DNA from: Ascidiella aspersa
Taxonomy: Eukaryota
Direction: 5' to 3'
Length of the DNA: 64,000 bases
Assembly: GCA_963924565.1 (NCBI GenBank)
Contig: OZ004612.1
Location: 8,742,001-8,806,000 of the forward strand
The notes under the pieces were generated by a model. It was not told where the DNA came from, did no database searches, and was given only the letters and a program-made list of their open reading frames with translations. Below, in pieces: positions 37,982 through 48,900 of this stretch; the first letter of the stretch is position 1; each line of letters begins with the position of its first letter. Made by a program: the position numbers and the translations under genes.

Positions 37982-39134
37982 CACTAAACAGGTATTATTA
38001 AAATTACGTATTTTGAAAGACGTTTCGAATATCGCTACTCGTAAACATTAGCATGTTTAAAAGCGCTGAACGATGTTAGAATTTTATTTTGTGGCTTAAT
38101 CGTCATTAAAATTGGATTAACTTGATTGTATTGCGAGTGCAAAATGTCAATCATAATCTCACCTTTCGTGTCGAATTACCAACGATACGATTTTCTGCAA
38201 TGCACACATAGCGAATCTATTTTCTTTGTACCTAGTGTTAGTAGGTTCACGACACTTTTCAGGTCAGATTTTCAAATTCTCCTGTTTTCCATGCTACTGT
38301 TTTACTTTTTGTTGTAGTAGCTACTGTAAAGGTGTATTTTCATGAGCAGACAAAGTAGTAAAAAAACCTAATCGGAATGTGGGCGACAAAAATAACAAAG
38401 TTAAGGTAAAAGGCGTTGTTAGGCAAAGTAAACATTCAAAATATCAGTTCAATTCAGTAGGATATTGTTTTGGCTGCCTTTTGACCAAAGCACTTTACTA
38501 GTGTAATTTGATTGTTATCCTTTTATGTAACACGCATTTCACGTTATTATTCGCAAATAATATAATTTTGTGTAGTCATAAATGCATTTGTGTAAACATC
38601 GTATAGAAATATAGATTAGCCTAATACAAACTTCCGATATGAGCAGGCAAAATATAACAGAATATACATTTTTTAGTTTATGTTTATCTACTGCTAAAAT
38701 GTCTCATATGCATTATTTTTACAACATTGGTTTCCACGGTAATTATTTTACAAAACTTTTGTCAAAAATTGTACAATATACTGACCGACACAATATGAAT
38801 TTAACCGTCGAATTGTTGTTTACAAAAGCCTACTGCAGGCCAACGTTTACGTTGTTGTACGCAGTTGACAATCCAGATTGAATAAGCGTTCGTTTCAAAT
38901 AAATAAAACATATTACATTTTAGAAAATAACCATTACAAAGATTGTAAAAAGGACACAACGGGTATGCGTGGTATAATTAATTTTTTTAAATTTTTATGT
39001 TTTATGTTTTACTCTATTTAAAAGAGTAACACCTTTAACTTTAATAATATTATGTATAGTTGTTGGACGTAAATAAACGTAGTTTAAATACAAAATGAAG
39101 GTAAAAATTATTATAGAAAAAACACAGATACGTA

Positions 39135-42100
39135 TTATAAATCAAAAATATATTTGAGGAATACAATGATTAGTAGTAGCAACACGCTACAAAACAGCGT
39201 TTTATTAACTTGTTTTATTTTCCCTTCGGCAGCGCCTTTCTTTATTACTTCTCGCATAAGCATATCTTGTGTTTCATACAAGCTTTGACCACAATCAGCA
39301 ACTTCGATTTTCCACCTCGGATTGTTTGTGTGCAAAAATATCTTTCGTGCTCCGGCTAAGCAACCTTGGGCTTTCGGAAGTTTTTCCGTTTGCAGATAAC
39401 ATTCTCCCAACATTTTATTAAGCATGGCGACATCTGGATCTTTTTCAGCCTTCCGAGTAAGCAATAGTAACTCCTTCAAGACCGGTTCAAAACATGTCAA
39501 GGCTTGTTTAAAGTACCGACGACGTAAATAGCTGGTGCCTATTGCCAAATCACATTTCATGCAAAACTGCCCAGACTCTGGATTGTGTTTTTTCGCTTTT
39601 TCGCACAGCTCTAAGCTTTCCTTCCATTTGCCAGTTTTCCTGTAGCAGGTGGACAAATTCCAAAGGCATCTGGACAACTTCACGCGATCTTTGTCCGTTT
39701 CAATGTTCATTTGTGTTCGCAAACGAAGCTCAGCGTTAAATTCGATCAAGGCCTGAGAGTAGCGTTTAAGGTAGTGAAAGACGCTTCCAAATACTGACAA
39801 ACAAGTGGCAGAAAAATGATTGGTTTTGCGTTCTTCCGCTTTTGTTTTCATCAACTTTCTTGTCGCATCCTTCGACATATGCAAATCTTCTAAAGAGCAG
39901 TCGTCGTCAAAATACCGTAAAGTCTGGCGGCGAATTAGCCTTTTGTCGGGTTTCAGGTTGTTTCTTAAATCGAGCTGCTGAAGGCACTTTTCCAAGTGAT
40001 CAAGAGCTTCTGCAAAGTTACCGCGATCAAATTCCATTTTGCCGCGCATTGCTGAGCAGAAGGCTCGGAGAGTAACGATGTCAAATTTATGATGTTTTGT
40101 TCGCAGCAAGATTTCGAAAGCCGCTTGATATTGCTTCTCCGCTTTTTCTACTTGCTTCATTCGCCAATGACAGTTCGCCAGTTCCACATAGAATGTTGCG
40201 ACGTCGAAATCGTTGTTTTCGTTGCATGACAACTCTCGACTGAACTGCAAACAGGTCTCCCAATTTTGGAGAGCACTTTTGTACCTGTTCAGTTGGAATT
40301 CGCTCAACGCAATTGAACTTAACGTTTCCATTCTCGAGCGCTTTTCGTCTTGACCTAAACTTGACAAATGAGTTTCAAGGAGCTTTAAAGCCAACTTGTG
40401 TTGTCCAAGTTTTTGGTGGGATATCGATTCTGCATACTTGACACCTGGTTTTACCAAATTTAGGTATTCGTTTATGGACGGTTTAAGTAGACGCCACAAG
40501 TATTGCAACAAGCCAGGGTATAAAACATTATTAGTTAAAACCTTCTCAAACTTACCCATTTCATAATAGCATAGTAAATAACCAAGAAAATAGCAAACTT
40601 GGTTAAACACAACTCCTGTATGTTCTAGAATTTGATAGGTATGGAAAGCTTGGTCGAACTGTTTCAACTGAAGGTGAAATAGGCCTTTAAATAAATTTGC
40701 CACGAGCCACTTTTCACCTTCGGAAGAGGTACAGTGATTTTTAAGCCGCTTTGTAAATTTGTTTAAGCATTTCTTGTATCGCCCTAAATGAAGTACAACC
40801 ACCAGTTCTATAACGTAATCGTTCACTGCTTTATGCTCCACCCGAAGCCGGTCACACATGAGCCTCTGAAGATCAACGGCAGCTAAACAAAATCGAACAA
40901 CATTTTCTAACCCAAAGTGGCGCAGTAGATATTCTCGGAAGCGATTTTCTCCTTTCGCAGACGTTTCAAAGATGTCGACCTGTCCTTTGCTTACCGCGTA
41001 GTGTCTCAAGCGAATTTCGCAAGCCAAGGCAAGCGCAAGGATCAAGTCTTTTGCGAGGCTTTCCGGTAAATACTCTCTACTTTTCAACTCTTTCAAACGG
41101 TCGAAAGAGGAGGAAGACGAAAAACACTCTTCGAATCCAAGGTACGGTAGGAACACGGTAATGGTTCGATAAACATACTGCTTGATGTTAATGGACGGGT
41201 CAGTCAATCCTTTTGAAGCAAGTTGAAAGAAATCAAACTTTTTAAGGTCGTCTAGAATTTGCTCTTTCCAATAACTGCTGCCAGCGTTTTTTGAAACAAG
41301 TTGGTTTGCTCCATCGCGATACTGATCATATATTTCCTGATGGCCGCTGACGAAGCAGGTTTTGTTCAAGATCGCAGCCAAATGACAGTCATTTTTCTTA
41401 GTTTTTGACACATCTGCGTATCTTTGCATAACCGACACGGGTTGAATAAGTTCTTGTAGAGGTTGCTCTTCAGTCGCTGATTTGCCCAGAGGAAACTTGC
41501 TGGCGTGCGGCATCATTCCGTCAAAGGAAATACCGCGGGGTGTCAGGCAGTCGTAGAAACGCCAGGAGCTTCGCGTTTTGCCGACGTCATTAACAAAAGG
41601 AAGCCACGCGCAAGGAATGATTGTTTCGCCAAAGCTGACGACGACTAATTGGACGACGACGGTGAGCCATCGAAAGTACTCCCGAACTTCGTGGTAATCT
41701 GACCGCCTTTGGACACCTTCTTCCAAGACGTAGACATGCTCGAAATCCGAGTAAGGAGTTATCTCCATTCTTGCCAACGAGCCCATTCCAACCACAGCGT
41801 ACGCGCAAGGAGGTTTCGATTTCAAGCTGACACAATACTGCACTATGTTATGCATTAGCTCTGTGTAGCGCTTGCTGATTTCTTCCTGCACACGTTGGAC
41901 GATTTTAATTCGTTTTTCTTCTTCCGTCCATGGCTTCAACTGGGCCAAATAGGTTTTAGTCATATCTCTCATGGCATGTATATCCTTCGTAAAACACAAA
42001 ACCTTTTTCCGAAATTCGACAAGAGTGGTATTGCAGTTAGCGATGCTGAGAATATGCTCACAAAGCTCGTCGAAATCATGTTGCAAGTCAATAATACTGT

Positions 42101-42323
42101 CGGGTGCTCTTACCAGGGCAGCCTTTAACAGGATTGAACTCCGGATGAGCGATATCTTTTGATCGCGTCCTTGGACATTGTCAGCGTTTCGGCGAAAAGC
42201 TTTTCCGAGCCGATGAATTACCTTTGCAGAGGCCTGCTTGTCTTTTTCTCGCCCGTTTACAAAGCAAACGGACTTTAGATCGTTTGCCAGTGCTTCAACC
42301 TCTCCTAAAAAGTCCTTAGCCAT
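39135..42323 (-). CDS. Intronless 1062-aa protein: GlnD/GlnE/DUF294-like nucleotidyltransferase + TPR array + C-terminal tail anchor
   Basis: Single long ORF. Pol-beta-superfamily motif GMG181S182LARMEITPYS192D193FE195 with a candidate third carboxylate in SFD268G. DUF294_C-like helical region (INIKQ..SFDRLKEL..LACEIRLRHY). Multiple TPR-like repeats (IALSEFQLNRYKSALQNWE, LANCHWRMKQVEKAEKQYQAA, FGSVFHYLKRYSQALIEF, LSTCYRKTGKWKESLELCEKA, LGECYLQTEKLPKAQGCL). Hydrophobic C-terminus LFCSVLLLLIIVFLKYIFDL. Confidence 0.9.
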   Translation of the reverse strand: MAKDFLGEVEALANDLKSVCFVNGREKDKQASAKVIHRLGKAFRRNADNVQGRDQKISLIRSSILLKAALVRAPDSIIDLQHDFDELCEHILSIANCNTTLVEFRKKVLCFTKDIHAMRDMTKTYLAQLKPWTEEEKRIKIVQRVQEEISKRYTELMHNIVQYCVSLKSKPPCAYAVVGMGSLARMEITPYSDFEHVYVLEEGVQRRSDYHEVREYFRWLTVVVQLVVVSFGETIIPCAWLPFVNDVGKTRSSWRFYDCLTPRGISFDGMMPHASKFPLGKSATEEQPLQELIQPVSVMQRYADVSKTKKNDCHLAAILNKTCFVSGHQEIYDQYRDGANQLVSKNAGSSYWKEQILDDLKKFDFFQLASKGLTDPSINIKQYVYRTITVFLPYLGFEECFSSSSSFDRLKELKSREYLPESLAKDLILALALACEIRLRHYAVSKGQVDIFETSAKGENRFREYLLRHFGLENVVRFCLAAVDLQRLMCDRLRVEHKAVNDYVIELVVVLHLGRYKKCLNKFTKRLKNHCTSSEGEKWLVANLFKGLFHLQLKQFDQAFHTYQILEHTGVVFNQVCYFLGYLLCYYEMGKFEKVLTNNVLYPGLLQYLWRLLKPSINEYLNLVKPGVKYAESISHQKLGQHKLALKLLETHLSSLGQDEKRSRMETLSSIALSEFQLNRYKSALQNWETCLQFSRELSCNENNDFDVATFYVELANCHWRMKQVEKAEKQYQAAFEILLRTKHHKFDIVTLRAFCSAMRGKMEFDRGNFAEALDHLEKCLQQLDLRNNLKPDKRLIRRQTLRYFDDDCSLEDLHMSKDATRKLMKTKAEERKTNHFSATCLSVFGSVFHYLKRYSQALIEFNAELRLRTQMNIETDKDRVKLSRCLWNLSTCYRKTGKWKESLELCEKAKKHNPESGQFCMKCDLAIGTSYLRRRYFKQALTCFEPVLKELLLLTRKAEKDPDVAMLNKMLGECYLQTEKLPKAQGCLAGARKIFLHTNNPRWKIEVADCGQSLYETQDMLMREVIKKGAAEGKIKQVNKTLFCSVLLLLIIVFLKYIFDL

Positions 42324-42332
42324 AATAAACTT

Positions 42333-43443
42333 CTGCCAAACAAAGTGTTAAATAAAATTTAGTCGCGTATGCATTATTAGCTACTCGCATTGGATTTATT
42401 CTTTTAAAAAATTCAAACTTTACAAGCGTAACATTTATTTTATAGGATACAGTAATTGACATTAATCGATTTTAGAGGAACCAATTTAAAAGCTGCGCAA
42501 TTCAATACAGCGTACTTATAACATCCGTGTACTGTACGTGATTTCTGGATTTAAGCATGCTACCTAACTTTGCGTAACCTGTGATGCCACAGAAAGTCTA
42601 TAGTACGAAAATACGAATCTGATTGACTTGCTACGCATATTGCAAACAGTCATAAACATCACAGGAAATCGTACATTCTACATGGATTTAATCGAAATCA
42701 TTATCCAGTTAAACATATAGCTTTGTATTACTTTATTCAAGATGACAAACTGCTGGGCAAATCTATACTTTTGTCGAAGAAATATATATTTTGTTTGGGG
42801 GGGAGGGGGGGGGGCATGTCCTTGGCCCCACTATAGCAAATTTTTGAATTACAAACAGGCATGTAGCCAACCATGCTAAACTTGAAAGTACATTATATCC
42901 TTAAGAAAACTGATGATAATATCTAGGTGTTTATACCTAGCTGTGTTGCTAATTGATTTTTATGTTACAATTGAATGGTCGCAGAAACTTTAGCATAAAA
43001 TTATACTCAGATTTTTTCTAGCCTTATAGGTTGGGCCTACTAATATTTTGCCTTACAGCAAAGAGGCGGTGTTTAATTTTGTTAACTTTGCTACACCTGG
43101 CCAACTATCTCAATACGAAAGCAATACATTTAAATTCCCTGATAAGCAACAAACCAAAATATAACAGTTGCTAGACTTGATTTTAGTAACTTTAGTTGAC
43201 TTACTGCTTAGTGTATTCTGAATCACATATTGTCAAAACAAGGAAACCAAAACGAGAACCACTGGCGTAAATTACTATTCATTAGTCCTGAACACTCACT
43301 TGTCACCGTCACAACAAAGAAGCCACGTAATTATCCTATGTCATACACACAACAAAATACACTGCCTTCATAGATAATAGGTACAGACAGAGCTGTAGTT
43401 TCGTCACGCTACGCAGGGCGTGAACATTTCAGAGATGACGTCA
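42333..43443 (-). promoter_or_regulatory. Candidate 5'-UTR intron and CRE site for the NTase-TPR gene
   Basis: Minus-strand acceptor tttgtttggcAG lies 9 nt before the ATG (42333-42334). Candidate donor GTGAGT at 43299-43294. Palindromic TGACGTCA at 43436-43443. Confidence 0.35.
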
Positions 43444-44219
43444 CAAAATAACGCCAAAACGCGACGTATTTGCAATAAAAATACTGAAAACACAAGCGTT
43501 TAGCGTTAAAAAATGCCTTTGTACAGTTTAAGTTGCCTGTAAAAATTCATGTTCGAGGGTGCGATTAGATGCACACTGCCTTTGGCTTCAAAGAAAATTT
43601 CAAACGATTTCAAAGAAATGGGCTAAAGCATACTCAAACACAGTTTAGATTCGTCCGAAATAAAAAAAAAAAAAAAAAAAATTTTTTTTTCCGGGGTCAT
43701 GGTCACGTGGCTCCCTGATTCTGTTTATGACAGTTACCACCTTGGACAAATAAAGTGAATGAATATTACATTGTAAAATCGTTCACATTGATTTATTTCA
43801 GCTTGCTTCGCCTGTCTGACTTTTCCAGGCTACTGACCAGCTCATCCTAACACCGTAGCTTTTTCTCTTTGTCATTATCGTCAGAGCTGTACAAACAGCT
43901 GTGACTTAAGTGCAGTTAAATCAAGTCACTGACTTAGTCATATCAAAACTGACTCACTCTAGTCGACTTAAGGAAACTGACTATCGCTTTCATTGCTGAG
44001 TGGCACAGCACATTATATCGACAGTATCAAGTTTCGCCTAGTCAACTGGCACGATTCACGAACGTTGGGTTTTATTTTAGAACAATGTCATCGGCCTTGT
44101 GTTGAAGATTCAGCCAAGCGTGTAGCAAAATGAAGTCTACCTTGTCGATTGGCTTTTATTCTCCACGAAGCCATTTAATTCATTGCCAATGTTGGTTAGT
44201 TTATACCCTTAAAATAGTG

Positions 44220-44455
44220 TAGGGTTGCCATACGTGTTGATTTTTCCGGACATGTAAGGAATTGTAGTGTTACACTTTGCATCTGTGAGAGAATTTTACC
44301 CTAAACTAAACTAATTTAGTGAAAAATTAAAAAAATTGTAAAAAATTCAGGCGCAATATAGTCCATAGTACAATATTGGTTATAATACTACGGGTGTCTA
44401 TTCAAACCGTAATAAATATGACTTGGGTTTTGCCGGTTCAAGATTGGAAATCCTA
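44220..44455. mobile_element. hAT MITE (TAGGGTTGCCA termini)
   Basis: TIRs TAGGGTTGCCA / TGGAAATCCTA (2 mismatches) with a perfect 8-bp TSD AAATAGTG (44212-44219, 44456-44463). Confidence 0.85.
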
Positions 44456-45099
44456 AAATAGTGGTATCTTCTCTTTTCAAAGTACAACAAATAAGAAACC
44501 TAAACGGAACAAAGCATCGACGGTATCGTATACAACTATAGAGCTATAGATATGTGTTTTCAATACCCAGTAAAACACCACATCTCCACGTGTATATTAC
44601 GATTGCAAAACAGTCTATACGCTTTAGGAAGAGTATCACAGAGTTTCGTTATAAGCGCGTACTAAAATACCATGTAGCCTGTAAAGTAGAGGAATATTCA
44701 AGAGTCGACAGACATATAAAGTAACAGCGCAACAAATTTAAATAACATTCATTTGGTTAACATTATTTAGTTTCAATATAGGCTTTTCCATTTTTAAACA
44801 TTTGCCAGTTATGTTAAACAATAACTCAAATGACGTATACATATTTATATTTGCCAATACAGGGTATGTATTGTAGTGAGTATTGCTCTTTAGGGCATAA
44901 CAAAGTTAAAAAGTGAATGCAGTCCACGATAGCAAATAGTTTCAAATGTAATCGACGGCCCTAAAACCTATGCTGAGCCGTTCTTGGGATTTCCTTGAAA
45001 TACTCAAAGTTTATTTAATCGCAAAACTTGCTTTCATGTTCCAGCCACATGAGGTTCTACCATAGAACGATGTTTAAGGATAATCTCAGAATGAGTCGG

Positions 45100-45380
45100 T
45101 CAAAATACAGCTTCAGGAGGGTTAGATCACTTTCGCTGAACCCATATGCATGCGTATCTTTTAAATAATATGGTACTACAGATCCCCTTTAATGTGAATA
45201 GGCTTGTACTAAATAAATGTAGCAAGATTTGGCACATGGTTGTTTCTCAACTCGCTACGGTCACGGTTTGATTGGAGGTCGTGAGTTCGAACCCCGCCGC
45301 CGGCTAGTTGTTTTTCTAGCCTACCTAGCTTGAATTATTGATTTTTGGTAAGTCTGAGATGGCTTCCGGTGTTCTCAAAT
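45100..45380 (+). mobile_element. tRNA-derived repeat copy
   Basis: GGAGGTCGTGAGTTCGAACCCC plus the shared flanks (CTTCAGxAGGGTTAGATCAC; TTTTTCTAGCCT; AGTCTGAGATGG). Confidence 0.6.
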
Positions 45381-45988
45381 ATATATTGACATATATTCCA
45401 CTCAGTTTCTGATATAAATCAAAACAAATTAAAACAATTAAACAGGAGAGGTTGGCGAAACCTTTAGAATATTTCAAGTCAATATAACCATTATTTAATG
45501 ATAAATCAAAACTTTAAATGCCGATTAACTACTACAGCACGTTAACTTAAAAACAAAATGCAAAAAAGCATTAAATTTACATTTACATAAGCGAAGCAAA
45601 ATAAATAGAAACAATAAATAAATCTAGAGAAAACATGAAATAAACGCAAAGCACCTTAAGGTATTAACTGTTTGTTAACAGCATTAGATTTTTTTTTTGT
45701 AAAAAAATTGTGCCAAATTTTGTGTAAAATGTGTGCTAAAGATGAACACATATAGGTAGGAAAGGCAGGAAATTCGTAAGATAAACAATAACACAAAAAC
45801 AATTGGTTTTAGGAAATTGTCTATCTCATGAAGAGAGAATAATATAAAATGATAAAACATTTGATGAAAATGATCTTTTTGGTGTCTCAATAGCGTCCCA
45901 TATAGTGACCAAAACGTTTTCAAGCTTCGCAACTACAAGCAATTTACACGCTTAAATCTTTATCTAATGAAACGTTTATGACTAAACG

Positions 45989-48900
45989 TTATACCTTTGT
46001 GCTGTTTTCTCTGTTCGCCATCCAAGTGGGCTTTTCGTAACCGAACAGGTCGAAGTCAATCTCGAACTTTCGGAAAAGTTTTTCGACAATCGACGGAGGC
46101 AAGCTCTCGTAGGAGGTCCGCGTGAGGTCGCTGTTGGTCTTGAACGTTCTGTGCGGAAAGAAGGCTTGGGCGTGCTCCTTGGTTAAGTTAAATTTTCTCT
46201 CAAGAAAGTTGGCATCTTCGGCCAAGGTCTCAAACTTCATAATAAAATCGTATTTGACGTTACAAGGGTTGCATTTCTGGTCAAAGCCCATCCAATGTGC
46301 ATCCGGCTTTTTGACGACGAGAACAAAGTTGATAAAGTCTTCGAAAGTCGCCAGGCCATCATCGGTTTGGTTCCTGTCCAGGGGATTCGCCCTGAGATGC
46401 TTGTATTCTTTGTTAATCTTTCTCGACATTGGAGCGTAGAGCCAAGTAAAGCCCTTGCCCTCTGGACGCATCTTGTTGTTGTAGGCTGATAGAAGTCGGT
46501 TGAACGGGTGGCGAACAGTTATTATCTTGAAAAGGGGAGAGTCGCATTTAATAAGAGGGATACTCCAATCTTTCTAAAAAAAAGTTTTAAGAAGAAAATT
46601 ATCTTATTTGCCAACAGTGCAAACCTTAAACGGGACAGAATCCCAGAGAGCTTGCATTTCTTGGCGACTTCGCTTGGTCCCCATCCTCTGTATTCCGATC
46701 AGCTTGTTGGGTCGTTCGCCCTGTGCCTTGCCTTGCTTGTATTCTTCAAGTGTAAAGACCCCGTCCATTACAAGGATCGCCTCCATCCAGCTGGTGTATC
46801 CGCATTTAAAAATGTCGCACACTGAAAACTGCAGAGCAACATGGAGAAACGTAAGAGCTATGTAGGTCACGCGTTTTTTTAATTTTGCAAATGCACCGAA
46901 ATTTTCTTTATTACCAGTTAAAAAAATGGTTTAAATAGGGTCAAGTGACTAACCTAGAACGACCGTTGGTCAATTTAATTCTCCTTATCAGCTTGTTTAC
47001 CGATATACCTACTACCTACGTATAGCTAAGCTATGTAATCGTCTAAAGATGATAAGGAAATCAATAATTACAGCGCCCAGCCCAGTAAAATAATTAGTAT
47101 ACATTGGCCTCAATTTCAGCCTGTATAAATCGGTATTAACATATACATGAGATTTTCGAACGTCTTCGGAGGACCATTCAGTTTTCTTTAGAAAAGGGGA
47201 CAAATCCTTCTAAAAGATACGACATATTGCAGGCCTAACTCATACACTCAGTGCAAACCAACTTAACTATTACAATAAGCAAAAAAACACCATCAAAACA
47301 TCAGGTTTTAGTCGATTTACTTCAGAAAGTTGTTGACTATAGTGACTATAGGATGCTCCTGAACTTTCGTTCACCCTTATTCACCCCTTTTGGTGGTTCA
47401 CCGATGCAAAAATTTTGTTCACCCTGGAGTGAACCATTCACCACTTTAAGAAACACTGGAGTAGAGGATTATTCAAGAGTCGACATACATATAAAGTAAC
47501 AGCGCAACAAATTTAAATAACATTCATTTGGTTAACATTATTTAGTTTCAATATAGGCTTTTTAATTTTAAAACATTCGCCAGTTATGTTAAACAATAAC
47601 TCAAATGAAAAATACAGCTTCAGAAGGGTTAGATCACTTTCGCTGAACACATATGCATGCGTATCTTTTAAATAATATGGTACTACAGATCCCCTTCAAT
47701 GTATTTTTTTTGTGTACACAGCAACATAGAGAAACGTAAGAGATATATAGGTCACGCGTTTTTTTATTTTGCGAAAGCACCGAGACTTTCACCCATTGAA
47801 AAAAAAATTTTCACCCATTGAAAAAAAATGGATTTCATAGGGGCAAGTGACTTACATAGATCGACCGTTGGCCCATTTATTGTCGCTTATACAGGCTTTG
47901 TTTACCGATATACCTACGTATTAAGGATAAGGAAATCAATAATTGCAGCGCGCAGCCCAGCAAAATAATTAGTATACATTGGCCTCAATTTCAGCCTGTA
48001 AAATCGGTATTAACATATACGAAAAATCGGTATTAACATATACGTGAGATATCTAATTTTGTGGACAGACAACGTATGTTCAAACATTGTATTGTTGATG
48101 ACATACGGATTACACAAATATATATTTATACACCCGGCATTGACTACAGGATACAACGAAAGCCTATCGCCGATGATAAATATATATATCTATATGTCAG
48201 CGGACAAATATTGATTCAGACACATGATACCCACGTTGTAGCGTGTGGAGAACATGGATTTCGGGTCGGGCGTGTCGCTGTGCCACTTGTAGTCTTTCTT
48301 CCAGGAGGCGCACGCCTTCTTCAGTGTGTGAAGCCGCTCCCTTTGCAGCGCCTCGATTAAGCGTAAGTTGGACGACTCAATTTCTCGCAGGGAATCCACC
48401 TGGTTAGTTTGTATGCTAGAATCCTGTCCCCCTGGGGTTGCGCCGTTACCCACCTCACTATTTGTCGGGCACAGGGTCAGGCTGGGGCAGGGTTTGGGCG
48501 CCGGGCAGGTCTGTTTGGCCGGAGCAGTTGGCGTCGGGGGACATATGGGACAGGTAATGGTGGCGAGCGTCGGACACTGAACGACTGGCGAAGGAGGTGC
48601 TGTTGTCCTGCAATTATCATGAAAACATATTATTCTTTGCAATGGCATCAAAGCCCATTTAGGCAAAATATCAATGCCAATTTACGTATGAAAAAGGATA
48701 TCCGACAGTATAAAATCTTCTTTTTTCACTTATTGAATATTTTTTTTTATATATAAAACTGAATTTTAATTTTTGGGGCTTTGTTCGATTTCATAACATA
48801 TTTATATTTTATACCCAAAGTAGAGGCCCGAAGTCAAGTAATTTTGCCAAAAATACCAAATCAAGTTTATTCGTTTAAAAACAGTAATTTAAGCGAGTTT

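Noticed and set aside
39135-42323. cGAS/OAS/Mab21-like (cGLR) annotation
   Set aside because: The GSxxRxE..SDxE motif and the downstream helical region fit the GlnD/GlnE/DUF294 branch better. No Mab21-type C-terminal features were recognised; a profile search is needed to settle it.
39135-42323. Bacterial contamination
   Set aside because: It is flanked by host MITEs and intron-containing genes, has local pseudogenised paralogs that share its non-coding flank, and shows no operon context.
19481-42323. Functional coupling of the BBOX-like and NTase-TPR genes as one pathway
   Set aside because: They are on opposite strands and only relics accompany the BBOX copies; co-duplication explains the interleaving.
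46122-46865. Plus-strand ORFs overlapping sulfotransferase exons (and similar antisense ORFs over the BBOX and TPR genes)
   Set aside because: They are shadow ORFs of real coding exons on the opposite strand and have no independent motifs.
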